From NCBI GenBank assembly GCA_016748015.1, contig JAAOMT010000414.1:152481-216480 (forward strand): a stretch of DNA of 64,000 nt, given 5' to 3'. Below, piece after piece: positions 38,346 to 52,500 of this stretch. Under the pieces are notes generated by a model, which saw nothing but the letters and a program-made list of their open reading frames with translations, ran no database searches and was not told the DNA's origin. How positions within the stretch are numbered: the stretch's first letter is position 1; each line of letters starts with the position of its first letter. Origin of the DNA: Geosiphon pyriformis uo1. Lineage: Eukaryota; Fungi; Glomeromycota. Made by a program: the position numbers and the translations under genes.

Positions 38346-41300
38346 AATGTTACAAGTGATTCTTTGGGGTGTCGAGTAAATAACAAACCCATAACTTGAT
38401 GCTCAAAGCAATTGGTAACAATGATAATCTGAAGGTTTTCTAATTGAGTTCTTTGTATACTGGACAGAGATTCAATGATAACAGTTTATTAGTAGTTTCC
38501 TGAAACCATAGTTTCGTCAATTGCTTACTCAGCTTGATGGTTAATGATTCTCTTGGTACGATATCCTCTGTAAGTATATACCAGTGCTGTTTCCTGATGT
38601 TAGTTCCTCCGTAAGTCCTCCAAGAGTAAGTATTGTTTAAGCAAGTTTATTCTTCTGTAAGTCCTCCAAAAGTAAATATTGTTTAAGTAAGTTTTATTCT
38701 TCTGTAAGTCCTCCAAGAGTAAATCCTTTAATCAAGTTAGTAGACAACAAAGAAAATAAAAAAAAGATAAAAGAAAGAATAAGAAATAAGCCAAGGCAAT
38801 TTGCAAGTTAGTATCCCGTCAATAGCCGTGATCAAGAACTATTGTCCAGTATGATTAAGTATCAATTACTATCAACATGAAGTATTGATAGTGAAGAATG
38901 AATTTAATATAGTAAATAATTATTTATTTGAAGATTGTGGTAACTAAACTAAAGATTCTTGGTGTTGATTCTCCCTCTTTCTGCTTCTAATACTACTGTT
39001 ATATATACATATTTAAGATTTCTCAATTCTTCAATTCCTTGCGACAGGAATCCTGGAATTTCTGGAATCCTGTGATTCCTGATGAGAAGAATCCTGGAAT
39101 TCTGGAATTCTGGAATTCTGCAATTTCTTGCCAGAGAATCCTGAAATTTCTGAAATTCTGCAATTCCTCTGAGAAGAATCCTGGAATTCCACATTTACTA
39201 CATCTACTTCTGATTGGCTAATATCTACTTGCTAATAATAATATATTTCTTATATTCTATGAGTAATAGTGGTTAAATATCCAATAATAATTCCTTTTGG
39301 TATTTTAATAATGTTTCTCATGTTGTTGTAAATAGAAATTTTGATGTGACTGTGATTTTTGGCTGGTATGTGTAGATTGACTAATCCAATTTCTCTTGAT
39401 TCACAAAGTTTTGCTTCTGCCTCAAAAATCTGAACCTGATCCTTTACTTTTCTCTTTATGACTAACATGTACTGGTTATATGGTGGAATAAAAATTGATT
39501 AACAGATGGAAATAATTTCTCTCTTGTTAACAATTTTTTTTTCTGCCATATTAATTGATATGTCTATTCTACTCATGGATCCGAAATCCTGTATCCCTCT
39601 AGCTGTAATCTCTAATTCTTCCCTATTTCTCACTGATACTAATTAAGCTATTTTAGCCAAAAGCAAAAAAATTGTCTGTGTTATCTTTTTATTTGGCTCT
39701 ATAATATAAGTCTTTTCTGAGTTATATTGTAGCATTGCAATGATATTTTCTACATATCCTGTGTTAATTATTCCTCTTCTGATGTTAATCTCTTTTTTTA
39801 CTAAACTACTTCTGGATGTTAACTAAACTATTGTTGTTGTTAGAATTTCCAGTGCTATTTTAAGATCAATGCAGGTGTGCGAGTGTGGTTCCAATTTAAT
39901 CACATCTTGTTCTGGATATTACAAATCAAATTCAGCATCAGTATCATGCACTCATTCTGGCATAATGCTTTTATTGTTATCACTGAACCATTTGAGTTCC
40001 TGTTTCTTGGAGAGATCAAGAAGGGCAATATATTATTTGGGATTTGAATTAGAATTCAAAACATCATAATTGTCATTGCCTATTTGAATGGAGCTAGAAC
40101 TGCTGTTTTTGTTATCATTGTTATCAAAGTTTAAATTGGAATTGAACAGTGATTCCAATTCTGATACACAGCTGCTGATTGGTTTGTCTTTCTTTGGAAT
40201 TATGTAAATTATGCATGGTGGTGGATTGTAGATGAGATCACACTTATTACAATACTGAAAGTCACATGAGATCAAACAGTAGTCACATAATCAGATGTTT
40301 ATTTCTTCCAAACACTGTTTTTGCTCTTCTTTTGTTGGTGCCAAATTTTGGTAATGCTCATGAAACTCCTTTGGGCCTGTTTTTATGTCAAGAAAAGCAT
40401 CTGAGTTTGGAATGAGAACAATGTTAACTGGTTCTGAAGAGTTATTTTTAATTTCCAAGATTTTGCTGGGTATGATTCCTTTGACTTTGGCATTTACTAT
40501 TTTCCAGATTTTGTTCTTGTCATGTAAGTAACCATTTAAGTAAGTTATTGCTCAGTACCATGTTACAGTAATGGAAGTGCTATAACTAATCCAGTCACTT
40601 ATAAGAATCATGTATTGGCATAAAGTGTCACATGTTTCTCTTCGACCAGAAATGTCATTCCACATTCCTTTGTTAAGTAACCATTTGCCACAAATAAAAC
40701 ATGATTCATTGTTCCACTTTTCCTGTTTCTTTGAGTAGCCATAGTGTTCTCTATAATATGGCTTGCAATAATAGTGGGTTTTTGTCTAATAGTTTTTGTT
40801 AGATGCTATCCAAGCTCCCAAGAAGAAAAGTTTCTTCTTATAGTCTTTGCATTTGAGGGATATATATGACAGCTTTTTTATTGGTTCATGTAAGTATTCT
40901 TTTTTCCAACTACTAGTTATTTTTTCTGTAGTGGTGTTTTTTTCTGGTGTGTTTTTTTTCTTTGTCATTTCAGAAAAGTACTGGTGGTAACTTGTTGTGT
41001 TTGGTTTTGGCCCAGGAAATTTGGTAAGCTTCCCAGGTAGGGTTTTTTTTTTCTTCTTTTAATTCAATAAGTGGTTTGTTATTGGTAGTGGTCTTAAAAT
41101 GACCACAAGTGGCTGGCACACATGTGTGGTGGCTGTTTTGGTTGAACTGCAGTTTTTGGGTGTTCTAGTCAAGCATGACATTGGTTTTGGACAGCTAGTT
41201 GTTCCCAATGAAAGCTTGGTACTGAGTAGCTTTCATCACAAGAACTTTGATGGGTATAATGATGTTATTAATTTCAATGAGTAATTTGTCTATTTTGCCA

Positions 41301-44300
41301 ATTGGAGTTTTGGTTGCTCTATTAGCTGTTATGATTCTGGTGCTGACAGCATAATCAACTTGACAACCTAATTGGTTTATAAGTTGTCATGTAATAATGC
41401 TGCCTGCTGACCCACTATTTAGGATTAATTTTATAGCCTGACTATCGACTTTAGCATTGGTGTACATAACAGTGATGGGTTTTTTTTTAAGTACAGCTTT
41501 ATTGAACAATGGTGTTTGTGATGGTTCTTTGAATTCAAATGAGAAAATTGCTAATAGTAATTTATTGTTAGTTATGGTGGCTGGAGGTATATTGCTGGTA
41601 AGTAATTTGTTTTGGTTGGGTTTTTGGTTGTTGGATAAGACATCTTCTAGAGTAACTAGAAGACTTAAATAGTGTTGGGAATTCAGGTTTTAAGTGTATC
41701 TAGTCTCTGAATTCTGAGAACATGTTCTTGATTGTTGAGTAGAAGAGCTGGGAATCAGTTAATGAACAACTATTGCTGATCTCCAATTTTGTTGTGTCAT
41801 TATTAGTCTTTGTGTTCTGGTATAAGATAAGTTTTGTGGCAGTGTTTGAATTTGTTGAGGCTGATATATTACTTGCAGCTGCAACTAATAAATGATGGGT
41901 GTTGTTGACTGATAAATAGGAGCTTGATATACTAGTGGTTGATAAATTGGCTGTTATGTTATTTGGGTGTAATAAGGTGAGTCTTGATCCTGATTTGGGT
42001 ATTGATTCAGCATTTGAAATCTGTAATTGGGGTTTCAATATTGATTTTCCGATCATGAATTATTATTATAAAAATGGTAGTTAATTTTCAAATGGTCTTG
42101 TTTACCACAATTGTGACAGATATACATTTTTTGTTGCCATGGCTAATTGGATGATGATAAAGAATGCAACTGATTTTGGAAGTGATTCACATTTCTGGAA
42201 TTATTGTATCATTGGGGTGACTGATAAATTGCATGATTGTTAACTAAGTATCCTTTTAATTTCTGATTAATTGAATCACTGAGTTATTTCAATTTGGAAT
42301 TCAAGTCAGATAATTCATTCATGACTAGGTTTATGGCTTGAATGTGATTAGCTTTAAGTTCTGTGAATTCAAAATTCTGTGTATTGGTAACTGCATTTTG
42401 GATAGTTTGTGGGTGCATTGAGTATACGTATTGGAGGATGCTACTGTGCAGTCTATGGATGAACTGGTTTAGAATTTGTGGTGCTATAAAGTAATTCACA
42501 TTAATTGCTTGTATTTGGTGCAAGTTCCTATGAAAGCATCCTAAGTAAGTAGTAACTGCTTCAGTTTTTTTTTGCTTGATGGTGATAAAGGTATTGGCTA
42601 AGTGATTAATACTGTTATTGTTGCTAAAATATTTCAAGAACTCAAGCTTAAATGCATTGAAATCCTGAAGTTTGTTAACCAAGCTCTGATACCATAAGTT
42701 GGTGGTATCCTGGAGGAAGTATGGAATGGTTTGCATGGCTTGTGCATTATTCCATTCATTGACCATAATGGCTTTTTTCACATTATTCAGCCATACTTGG
42801 GCATCATCCTCTTTGCTAATGAATTTCTCGAGTTTTGCTATTGGGGCATAAGCCATTGGATCCAAGTTTAGTGGTTGTGGTGGTTGAAGTGGTAATTGCT
42901 GAGATAGTATTGGCAGCTATTGAAGTTGTTTAGCAATTGGATCAATTGGTTGTTAATTAATGACAATTTCTGGAGATAAGTTTTGCTGATTAATTAACTC
43001 AGAGTTTGAATTGTTCAGAGTTTGCTGGTTTTGAATATTTGGAGTTTCAACTTTTGGATTTTCTGTGATCAGGTTCTGATAATTAAATTATTGATCCTCT
43101 TCTTCTTTTTCTTCTAATACTATTATCTCCCAAAGACTTACAGTTCTAAAATCTGGTGGAAGTGATAGTAATTGGAATCTTAATGGTGTTGACAATCATG
43201 ATTTAAATTCTTTGAAGTAATTGCCATAGGTTCCTAATAATTCTGCTTTCTTTTGTTTACTTTGAAATAGTAGTTGTTCAAATGTTAATGTTGTGTTTAA
43301 TGTGGACACACCTGCTAATGTGATATTGATAGTACTTTTAGAGATGTGATAATATGATGAATATAATAGAGATTTAATTCTTTGTTTCTTTTATATTGGT
43401 AATTGTATTTTTTTTGGAGTTATTGCTGGTATTTGTAACTTTTCTTTACTCTTATCTGTATAGGTAATAAGAAATTGTTGTTGAGTGTATCTTTTAATTT
43501 CTTGATTAATTTCTCTGATGATTGGTACAAAACTATAATTTTGTGGTAAGCTAATGTGTTGAATTAATTCTGTATAAAAATTTTCTCTTGCTGATTCAAT
43601 GTCAACTGGTCTTCCCAGAAAATCTGTGATTCTTTTGTTAATGTAAAAGTTGAAGGCTGATTCCACTAGATAATAATTGTTGGTTAAGCCCAATTGTTGG
43701 CTGTACTGTTGAAATAAGAATTTAGTGAATTCTAAATGGTTTGTCTCTATTATTTTTGATTTTGTCACTTTTGGATAATTGTTGTTAGTGCTGGTTCTTT
43801 GTAAAATTATATCTTACAGAAAGCACCAAATGTTACAAGTAAATATTTGGGGTTTTAAATCAAATAACAAACCCATAATTTGGTGTTTAATTAATATATT
43901 AATATGGTAATTTTTGAAGATTTTGGGTAAGTTTTTTGTATAATAGACAAAGATTCAATTGATAGTTTTATCCATAGCTTTCCAAAACCGCAGTTTCATC
44001 AATTTTTTTTTCAGCGTAATGGCTGGTAATTCTCCTGGTAAGATATCTTCAATTCTGAGTGTCTATTCTTATTTCTGGGTCTTTTACCAGTACTATATCC
44101 TAACATTAGTACCTCTGTGTGTAATTTTTTTAATCAAGTTAATAAACAACAAAGAAAATAAAATAAGAGAGAAATAAGAAAAATAAGCCAAGACAATTTG
44201 CATGTTAGTATCCCATTAATAGCCATGATTAAGAGCTATTGTTCCAGTGTGATTAAGTATTAATTACTATCAACATAAAATATTGATAGTGAAGAGTAAG

Positions 44301-44640
44301 TTAAAATAGTGAATAATTATTTATTGATATTTGTGGGATGAAAGGTTGCTTAGATAAAATCTAAACTTAGAAATCTGTCTTTTTTTCTTCTAATGCTACC
44401 ACTATATATACATAATTGAAATTCCTCAATTCTTTGATTCTTCACACTAAGAATCTTGGAATTCCTGGAATCCTGCAATTTCTTTTGAAAAGAATCCTGT
44501 AATTTCTCATATGAGAATTTTGAAATTCCTGAAATCTTATAATTCTTCTTGAAAGAAATTTTGGAATTCCACATTTATTATGGCTACTTTTGATTGGCTA
44601 CTTTATATGCTAATATACTTCCTATATTTTATGAGTAACA

Positions 44641-45500
44641 CCATGTACAAACTGAAAAACAGTCTTAATATAAGCCAATTTAATCTTAAAAATTGTATTA
44701 AGCACCAAAATAAAGACTATTTACTCAACAAATTTTTAATAATCAGTAATAATTTTTTAAATATCACTAGTGGCAACACCAGAAACCAAAAAAATAATTC
44801 AGTTTCTATTTAATCAGCCCAGTTTTTAAGAACAAGAAATCCAATAAAAAATTTTTGTTTTGCTTCTAAAATTGGCAAAAATTTGTTAAAAAATATTATA
44901 TTTAACAACATAATTAATGGTTAATCTTGCCCTATTTTAGATAATATGCTAAATAATACAATAAAAATTTTATTTAAAATTTTATCTGAAATTATAAAAG
45001 AGTTTAATATAAAAATAATAAAAACAAATAACTGTTTACACTTTTTAGAATTCTTGACTTTTTTAACTATTTTTAAAAAAGTAATGTTAATAATATTAAA
45101 TATAATAGCAATAGTTAGAAAAACTTGCTTGTTAATTAATTTATTATTATAAACTTTTGGACTTTTAATAAAAGTAAAGACAATATTAAAACTGATTCAA
45201 GTATGTTTTTTAAAGAAAACTTTAACTGGTAAAGAACTAGCCAAAAATAAAAAAAAATGCTTTAAAAATTATTAGAAATAGTTTAAAATATTTTGTTTAA
45301 CTGTTTCTATAATAGAAAAAATTTTTCTGGTTAATACTTTATTAAATATCTTAAAAAAAATATCAAATACAGTTTTTTTACTTTTTGTTTTGATAATAAT
45401 TATAAAATTAAGAAGATAAAGAGTTTAATTATTTTTTTTATACTAAATTAAAAATATTATTATTACAAAAACCAATTTATAATTCAAAAACTTACTTTTT
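44641..45500 (-). mobile_element. 5' segment of LINE-ORF1-like element 1
   Basis: Continues the 24469 flank across TSD CCAT; homologous to 46140-46503 plus 60366-60800. Confidence 0.55.
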
Positions 45501-45899
45501 GTTTTTAATTATTTTTTTATCAATTAATTTTATTTTAGATTAAATGCAAATTGCATAATATATTTAGAACTTTAATAATTTAAATTAATTGTTTTTAATT
45601 ATGACAATTAATAAAATACTAATTTTTTTATTTTTTATTTAGAAACTATATACTTAAAAAAATTAATTATTATAAATAGATTTTATAATTTAATTTTATG
45701 ATAGTCTGATAAAAAAAAAGTTTATCTTAATTTAAATATATTATTATTATTATTATTATTGTTAACCAGAAAAATAAACAAATTTTAGTAATTGTAATTA
45801 ATTAACATAAAATAAAACAAATTATACAAATAACACAAAAACTAAAAAAATAATAAAAAAATACCAATACTAAAAACATTTATTTACTAACTACTATAT

Positions 45900-46503
45900 T
45901 AAAAATCTGTGTTAAATTTATGTTTTATAACAAAAAAATTCAATAGGTAAAATATTAATATTAAAATTTGCAAAATTTTTAAAATCTTTAAAAACTAGTT
46001 ATTTTAAAAGATATTTAATTTTTTAACAATATTTTTAGAAACTGTTTTTATAAACCAAATACAAATACTAAAAGTTATAATTTTTTATTTATCAAATTTA
46101 TTTGTAATATTAAACAATAAATAAAACAAAGAATTAATCAAAATTAATTTAATCTTAAAAATAATATTAAATACTAAAATAAAGATTATTTATTCAAAAT
46201 TTTTTAATAATTAGAAATTGTTTCTTAGATATTACCAAAAAACAAAAAAAATAATTTAATTTCTATTAATTATTTTAATTTTTAAGATTATGTAATTTAA
46301 TAGATTATTTTGCTTTTAAATTGGTATTAATTTGTCAAAAAACATTATAATTGGCAACATAATTAGTAGTTAATCTTAATTTATCTTAAAAAATATGTTA
46401 TTATTATTGTTGTTTATATTAAAAAATAAATTAAATACTATTAAAAAAAAATTATTTGAAATTTTATTTGAAATTACAAAAAGATTTAATATAACAATAC
46501 CAG
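45900..46503 (-). mobile_element. LINE-ORF1-like element 2 (left part); host of copy G
   Basis: Similar to 44645-45020; continues at 60362 across TSD CCAG. Confidence 0.5.
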
Positions 46504-49500
46504 TATTACTCATAGAATATAGAAATTATATATTAGTACACAAATTAGCCAATCAGAATTAGACACAGTAAAAGTAGAATTCAAGGATTCTTCTTAGAAA
46601 AATTTTAGGATTCCAGAATTACAGATTTCTAGTATAAAAAATTGCAGGATTCTAGAATTGCAGGATTCCAGAATTTCAGGATTTCTCTCAAGGAATTATA
46701 AGATTTCAGGAATTACAGAATTCCTGGCTAGAGAATTGAGAAATTCAAAGAATCTTATATAACAAAATTTATGTATATATAATAGCAGAAAAAACAGAGT
46801 TCTTAGTTTTAAAACTTTCAGTTTTAATTTCCCTATCCATTCTTTTTTGTGATAATATTCTATAACTTGAAGTGAAAACATCAAATATTAATAAAAATAC
46901 TTTTTACTATTACAATCCATCTTTTTACTATCAACAATTCATGTTAATACTTGCTAATACTTAACTATACTAGACCAATAGCTCTTAATTATGGCTATTA
47001 ATAGGATACTAACTCTTTCTTGTCTTGGCTTATTTTCTTTATTTTCTTTTATTTATTTTATTTTTTTTGTTGTTATTTATTGATTGATTTAAGGAATTAA
47101 GCACTGATTAAATTAATGTCAAGAATAATCTAGTAAAAGACCCTAAAAGAAGAGTATAGAGTTACAGAATTTAAGGATAGCTTACTAGAAGGGCACAATT
47201 GTTAGAATAAACCAGTTTCTATGCTGAAAACAGAAATTGGATAGAATTGCAATTTCAGAAGAATACTAAACAGCACTTGAATCTCTGTCTATTATACAAA
47301 AAACTTAACCAAAACTTTCAGATCACAAAAATCTTTAGATATCAACAACCAATTCAGTTATTGAGCACCAAGTTACAGATTTGTTATTTATTCTATCTAC
47401 ATAAATAATTATCTGTAATATTTAGTGCTTTTTGTAAAGTATAATCCTACAGAGAACCAATACCAACAACAACTATTTGAAAGTGGCAGAATTACAAAAA
47501 AAAAAAACAAACCATTTAAGATTCACCAAATTCTTATTTTAACACTATTGTCAACATTTGGAATTAACCAACAATTAACCATCAGTAGAATTAGCCTTTA
47601 ACTTTTATGTTAACAAAAAAATTAAATATTTTCTAAGAAAACTAGTGAATATAGAATTAGCAAAAAAAATTTCTACAATGAATTAATTCAATACACTAGC
47701 TTATTATTAAATTACAACTTTATACCAATTATTACTGAAATCAACAGAGAAATTGAAAATCATACTTAACAAACATTTCTTATTACCTACACAGAAAAAG
47801 ACAAAGGAAAACTACAAATATCAGCAAAAATCCCAAAGCAAATACAATTATCTACTTGAAAGAAACAGAAAGTTGATTCACTAACTAATCCATCATATCA
47901 TTACACATTTAGAAGTACTATCAATATAGCATTAACAGGCATATCTACAGCAAATACAACAACACTACTAAACAGAATCTTGTTCCAAAGTAAACAAAAG
48001 AAAACAGAATTATTAGGAACCTATAGCAATTATTTTGAGAGATTTAAATTATGATCTTCAATACTATCAGAATTTTAATTACTGCCATTTTAACCAAATT
48101 TTGGAACCACTAGTTTTTGGGAGATAATAGAATCAGAAGAAAAGAAAAATAAAAATCAAGAATTTAATTATCAAAACCTGATACCAGAAAATCCAGAAAT
48201 TCAAACTTTGATTGTTCTTATCCAGCAAAATTAAAACAATTCAAACCTTATTATTATTAATCAACCAAACTTATCTCCAAAAATTGTAATTAATCTATTA
48301 CCAATTGTATTGATTATCACACAATTCCAGCCACAGCCATAATCTCAGCAACAACCAAATCTATTACAACAACCAATTACAGCACTAATGGCTTATACAC
48401 CAATTGCTAAACTTAAGAAATTTACTGGTAAAAAAAATGACATATAAGTATGGCTCAATGATGTGAAAAAAGCCATTGCAGTCAATAAATAGGATGACAC
48501 TAGAGCATTATAAACAATTCCATATTTTTTTAAGATATTACTGACTTATGATATCAAAGTCTAATCTAGAAACTCCAAGACTTTAATGCATTTAAACTAG
48601 AATTTCTGAGATATTTTAGTAATAATAACAGTATTAATTGTCTGACAAATACTTTTATTACCATTAAACAAGGAAATACTGAAACAGTTACTATTTATCT
48701 AAGATGGTTTTACAAAAACCTGCACCAAATACAAGCAATAAATGTAAATTACTTTACAGTACCACAGATTTTGAACCAGTTCATTTATAGACTACACAGT
48801 AGCATCCTTCAGCATATACATTTAATACACCTACAAACTCTCTAAAATGCAGTTATTAATGCCCAAGATTTTGAATTGGCTGAGCTGGAAGCTAACCATG
48901 CCCAAACCATTAATCTAGTAATGAACAGATTATCTGAATTGAATTCCAAGTTAAAACAATTTAGTAATTCTATTAACCAAAAATTAAAAAGATATTTAGC
49001 TAACAATTAGGCAATTTATCAACCATTACAATACTACAATAATCCAGAAAATGTGATTAATATTTAAAATCAACCACATCTATCATCATTGTCCAATTAC
49101 CAGTAACAACAAAAAATGCATAATTGCCACTATTGTGGTAAACAAAAACATTTGCAATTCGAATGTTGCAAACAGTTAAACAAGTAATAATTAGGAAATT
49201 AATATCAAAACACCAATTGATGATTTCAAATTCAGAACTACATTGGTAATTAATCAGCTGAACAATTTCAACATTAACCATACTATGCTCAAGCAACACA
49301 GCCAATTTATCAAACCCCAATTTATCAAATCCCAATTCCAGTTATTTATTAACTGTAGCCACAAGTAATTTATCAACTCCAACTCATTTTAACACTATTA
49401 CAAAACTCTGCTTAATTTTTAACTAAAAACCAAAGACCAAGAACTATTCAGATTTGTTAGAATTGGTAATTGGCAATAGTAATATATCAATTAATTCCCA

Positions 49501-49570
49501 GTTCAATCACTCAGCAGACTGGATCTCAACAGCAAAACTTAGGAACTAACTATGCCCAAAACTCAAATAC

Positions 49571-52500
49571 TGTTACACTTAGAAAAGAGAAAATAATACA
49601 TAATTGAAAAAAAAACATATGATTATAAATTAACCAATTAGAATAAAAGAAAAAAAAAGAAAATTTTTCAGAAAATCTTGGATGTTTCAGAAAATCCAAA
49701 ATTATTCAGGAAATCCAAGATATTTCAGAAAAGTTAAGAATTTTTTAAGAAATTCTGGATGGTTCAGAAAATCGAGAATTTGTAAAAAATCTAGCAAAGA
49801 AAAAAGATTTCTTGTATAAAGAAAATTATGTATATATAGTAATAATATTAAAAGCAAGAAAAATACCAATTCCACTTAGGATAGAAATTCTTATTTCTAT
49901 CTCTCTTTCATTACTTCAAGAATAATTACAATTAACCAAAGTGAAAATTATTAAATATTAAATAAAACCATACTTGTTATTACTTCATCTATGTTATTAT
50001 CATTCAATTGAAAATTTGATTCAACTCTCTATTATCAAAACTTTATGTTAATAATATTCAATACTTAAATCACACTAAAACAATAGCTCTTGATCATGGC
50101 TATTAACAAGATACTAACTTTTATTGTTTTGGCTTATTTTCTTTATTTCTTTTATTTTTCTTTATTTTCTTTTGTTTGTTTTGTTGGTACCTAATTGATT
50201 AAAAATTAAGTGTTGAGTTATTGACATCAAGGTTAGTTTGGTAAAAGGCCCATGAAACAAGAGTGGAAAACATGTAGAATAAAGATAGCTTACCAAAAAA
50301 GCATTCTTATTAGATTATTGGCCACTACACTGAGAAAAAAATTTGATGAAATAATATTTCAGGAGGCTATAAAAAAAGAAAACTTGAATCTCTGTCCATT
50401 ATACAAAGAACTCAATCCAAACCCTTCAAATTAACAAAACCTTCAAAAACCACCATCATATTAGCTATTAAGTACCAAGTTATGGATTTGTTATTTGATT
50501 CAAGATCCTAAATAATTATCTGTAATATTTGGTGCTCTTTGTGAGATAATTTTACAGAGAACCAGCACTAACAACAATCATATAAAAGTGGCAAAACCAG
50601 AAAAAATAGGAACAAATCATTTAAGATTTACCAAATTTTTATTCTAACACTACTGTTAAAATTTGGGATTAATCAGCAACCACTTATCAGTAAAATCAGT
50701 TTTTAATTTCTACATCAATAAGAGATTTTTTTATTTTTTAGGAGCACAAATAGATACTAAATCAGCAAGAGAAAATTTTTACAATGAATTAATTCAAAAT
50801 ACCAGCCTACCAGTAAATTATAATTTCACATCAATTATTACTGAGATCAACAAAGAAATTAAAAATCACACACAACAAAGATATCTAATTATTTATGCAA
50901 ACAAAAACAAAAAAAAACTACAAACACCAGCAGTAACATCTCAGAGAATACAACCATCCACTTGAAAAAAACAAGAGTAAAATCACCAACCAACCTATCA
51001 TATCACTATACATTTAAAAGTGTTATTAACATTTTATTACCAGGCACATTTATCTTAAACACAAAATCATTATTAGCCCAACTTCTATTTCAAAGTAAAC
51101 AAAAGAAAACAGAATTATTAAGAACCTATGATAATTATTTTAAAGAATTTAAATCATAATTACTGACACCATCAGGATTTTAATCATCACTACTTCTACC
51201 AGATTTTGGAACTGTGAGTCTTTGAAAAATAACTGAATCATAAAAGGAAAACAAGAATCAAGAATTTAACTACCAAAACCCAATCCTAGAAAATCTGGAA
51301 ATTGAAATTCTGATTAATCAAACTCAGAAAAATCAGAACAATCTAAACCCCAACATTATTAATCAGCAAAACTTATCTCTAAAAATTGTAATAAAGCCAC
51401 TACCAGTTGTTGCACTACCACAACAACAGCCATCATAATAACAGCAACAACCATTTCAATAGCAGCTTCAACAACAATTATTAATTGCACCAATAGTGTA
51501 CATACCAATTGCTAAGTTAAAAAAATTCACCAGCAAGAAAGATAACATCTAAGTTTGGCTTAATAATATAGCCAAAGCAATAACTATCAACAATTAAGAT
51601 AATACCAGAGCAATACAAGTCATTTTGTACTTCCTACAAGATGCCACTAATTCCTAGTACCAAAATTTTGTAAACAAACTGCAAGATTTCAATGTGTTCA
51701 AAGTCACATTTCTGTAATATTTCAGCAATCATAACAGTATTAATTGCTTAGCAACTAATTTTACTACTATCAAACAGAAAAACACTAAAGCTGTTACTAC
51801 TTACTTGAGATGTTTTCACAGAAATTTGTGTCAAATTCAAGCCATTGATGCAGACTATTTTATCATACTTCAGGTTTTAAATCTGTTCATTCATGGGCTG
51901 TGCAGTAACTTATTACAATGTATATGTCCACTATGCCCAGCTACACTTTAGGATGCTGTTAATCACACCAGAGATTTAGAATTAGCTAAGTTAAAAGTCA
52001 ACCATGTTTAAGCTGTAAACTTAGTAATAAATGAACCATCTGAATTGAACTCTAAGCTAAAACAATTTAATGAGTCGATCAATCAGAAAATTAAGGGATA
52101 CTTAGCTAACAGCAATCACACAATCTATCAACTGTTACAACATTGTAATAATCAAAGACATCTGGATTAGACTCAAAATTTGTCATATTTGTTATCAATA
52201 CCCAATCAACAGTGGTAAACAAAAATACATAGTTGCCATTATTGTGGTAAATAAGGCCACTTACAAATCAATTATTATATATGCTTAAATAACTAACAAT
52301 TAGGAAATCAATATCAAAACCCCAATCACTGGTTTCAAACTCCAAACCAATATCCGAATCAAGATCATTATCCACCTCATTATACATAAATAATGCAGCA
52401 GCCAACTTATCAACCTCTAATTTATCAAACTCTAGCACCAGTTATTTATCAATCACAGCTGCAAATAATATATCAACCCCAACAAATCCAAACTCTGCCA

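Larger units (their letters stand above)
28960..39268 (-). mobile_element. Ty3/Gypsy copy F (family 1), full length 10.3 kb, least decayed copy
   Basis: LTRs 28960-29856 and 38348-39268, TSD GTGG on both sides, PBS 38329-38345, PPT next to 29857; the host pol sequence resumes across the insertion. Confidence 0.97.
24470..44640 (-). mobile_element. Ty3/Gypsy copy E (family 1), complete but interrupted by copy F
   Basis: LTRs 24470-25308 and 43831-44640 are homologous; TSD CCAT on both sides; PBS 43812-43828; gag ORF 42284-42865; dUTPase ~39565-39990; RT ~27900-28740; IN starts at 27394. Confidence 0.95.

Noticed and set aside
38949-39221. Short ORFs in LTR U3 (also 29572-29760, 44350-44574, 46696-46884)
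   Set aside because: Products of the GGAATTCC repeat arrays; not conserved as proteins
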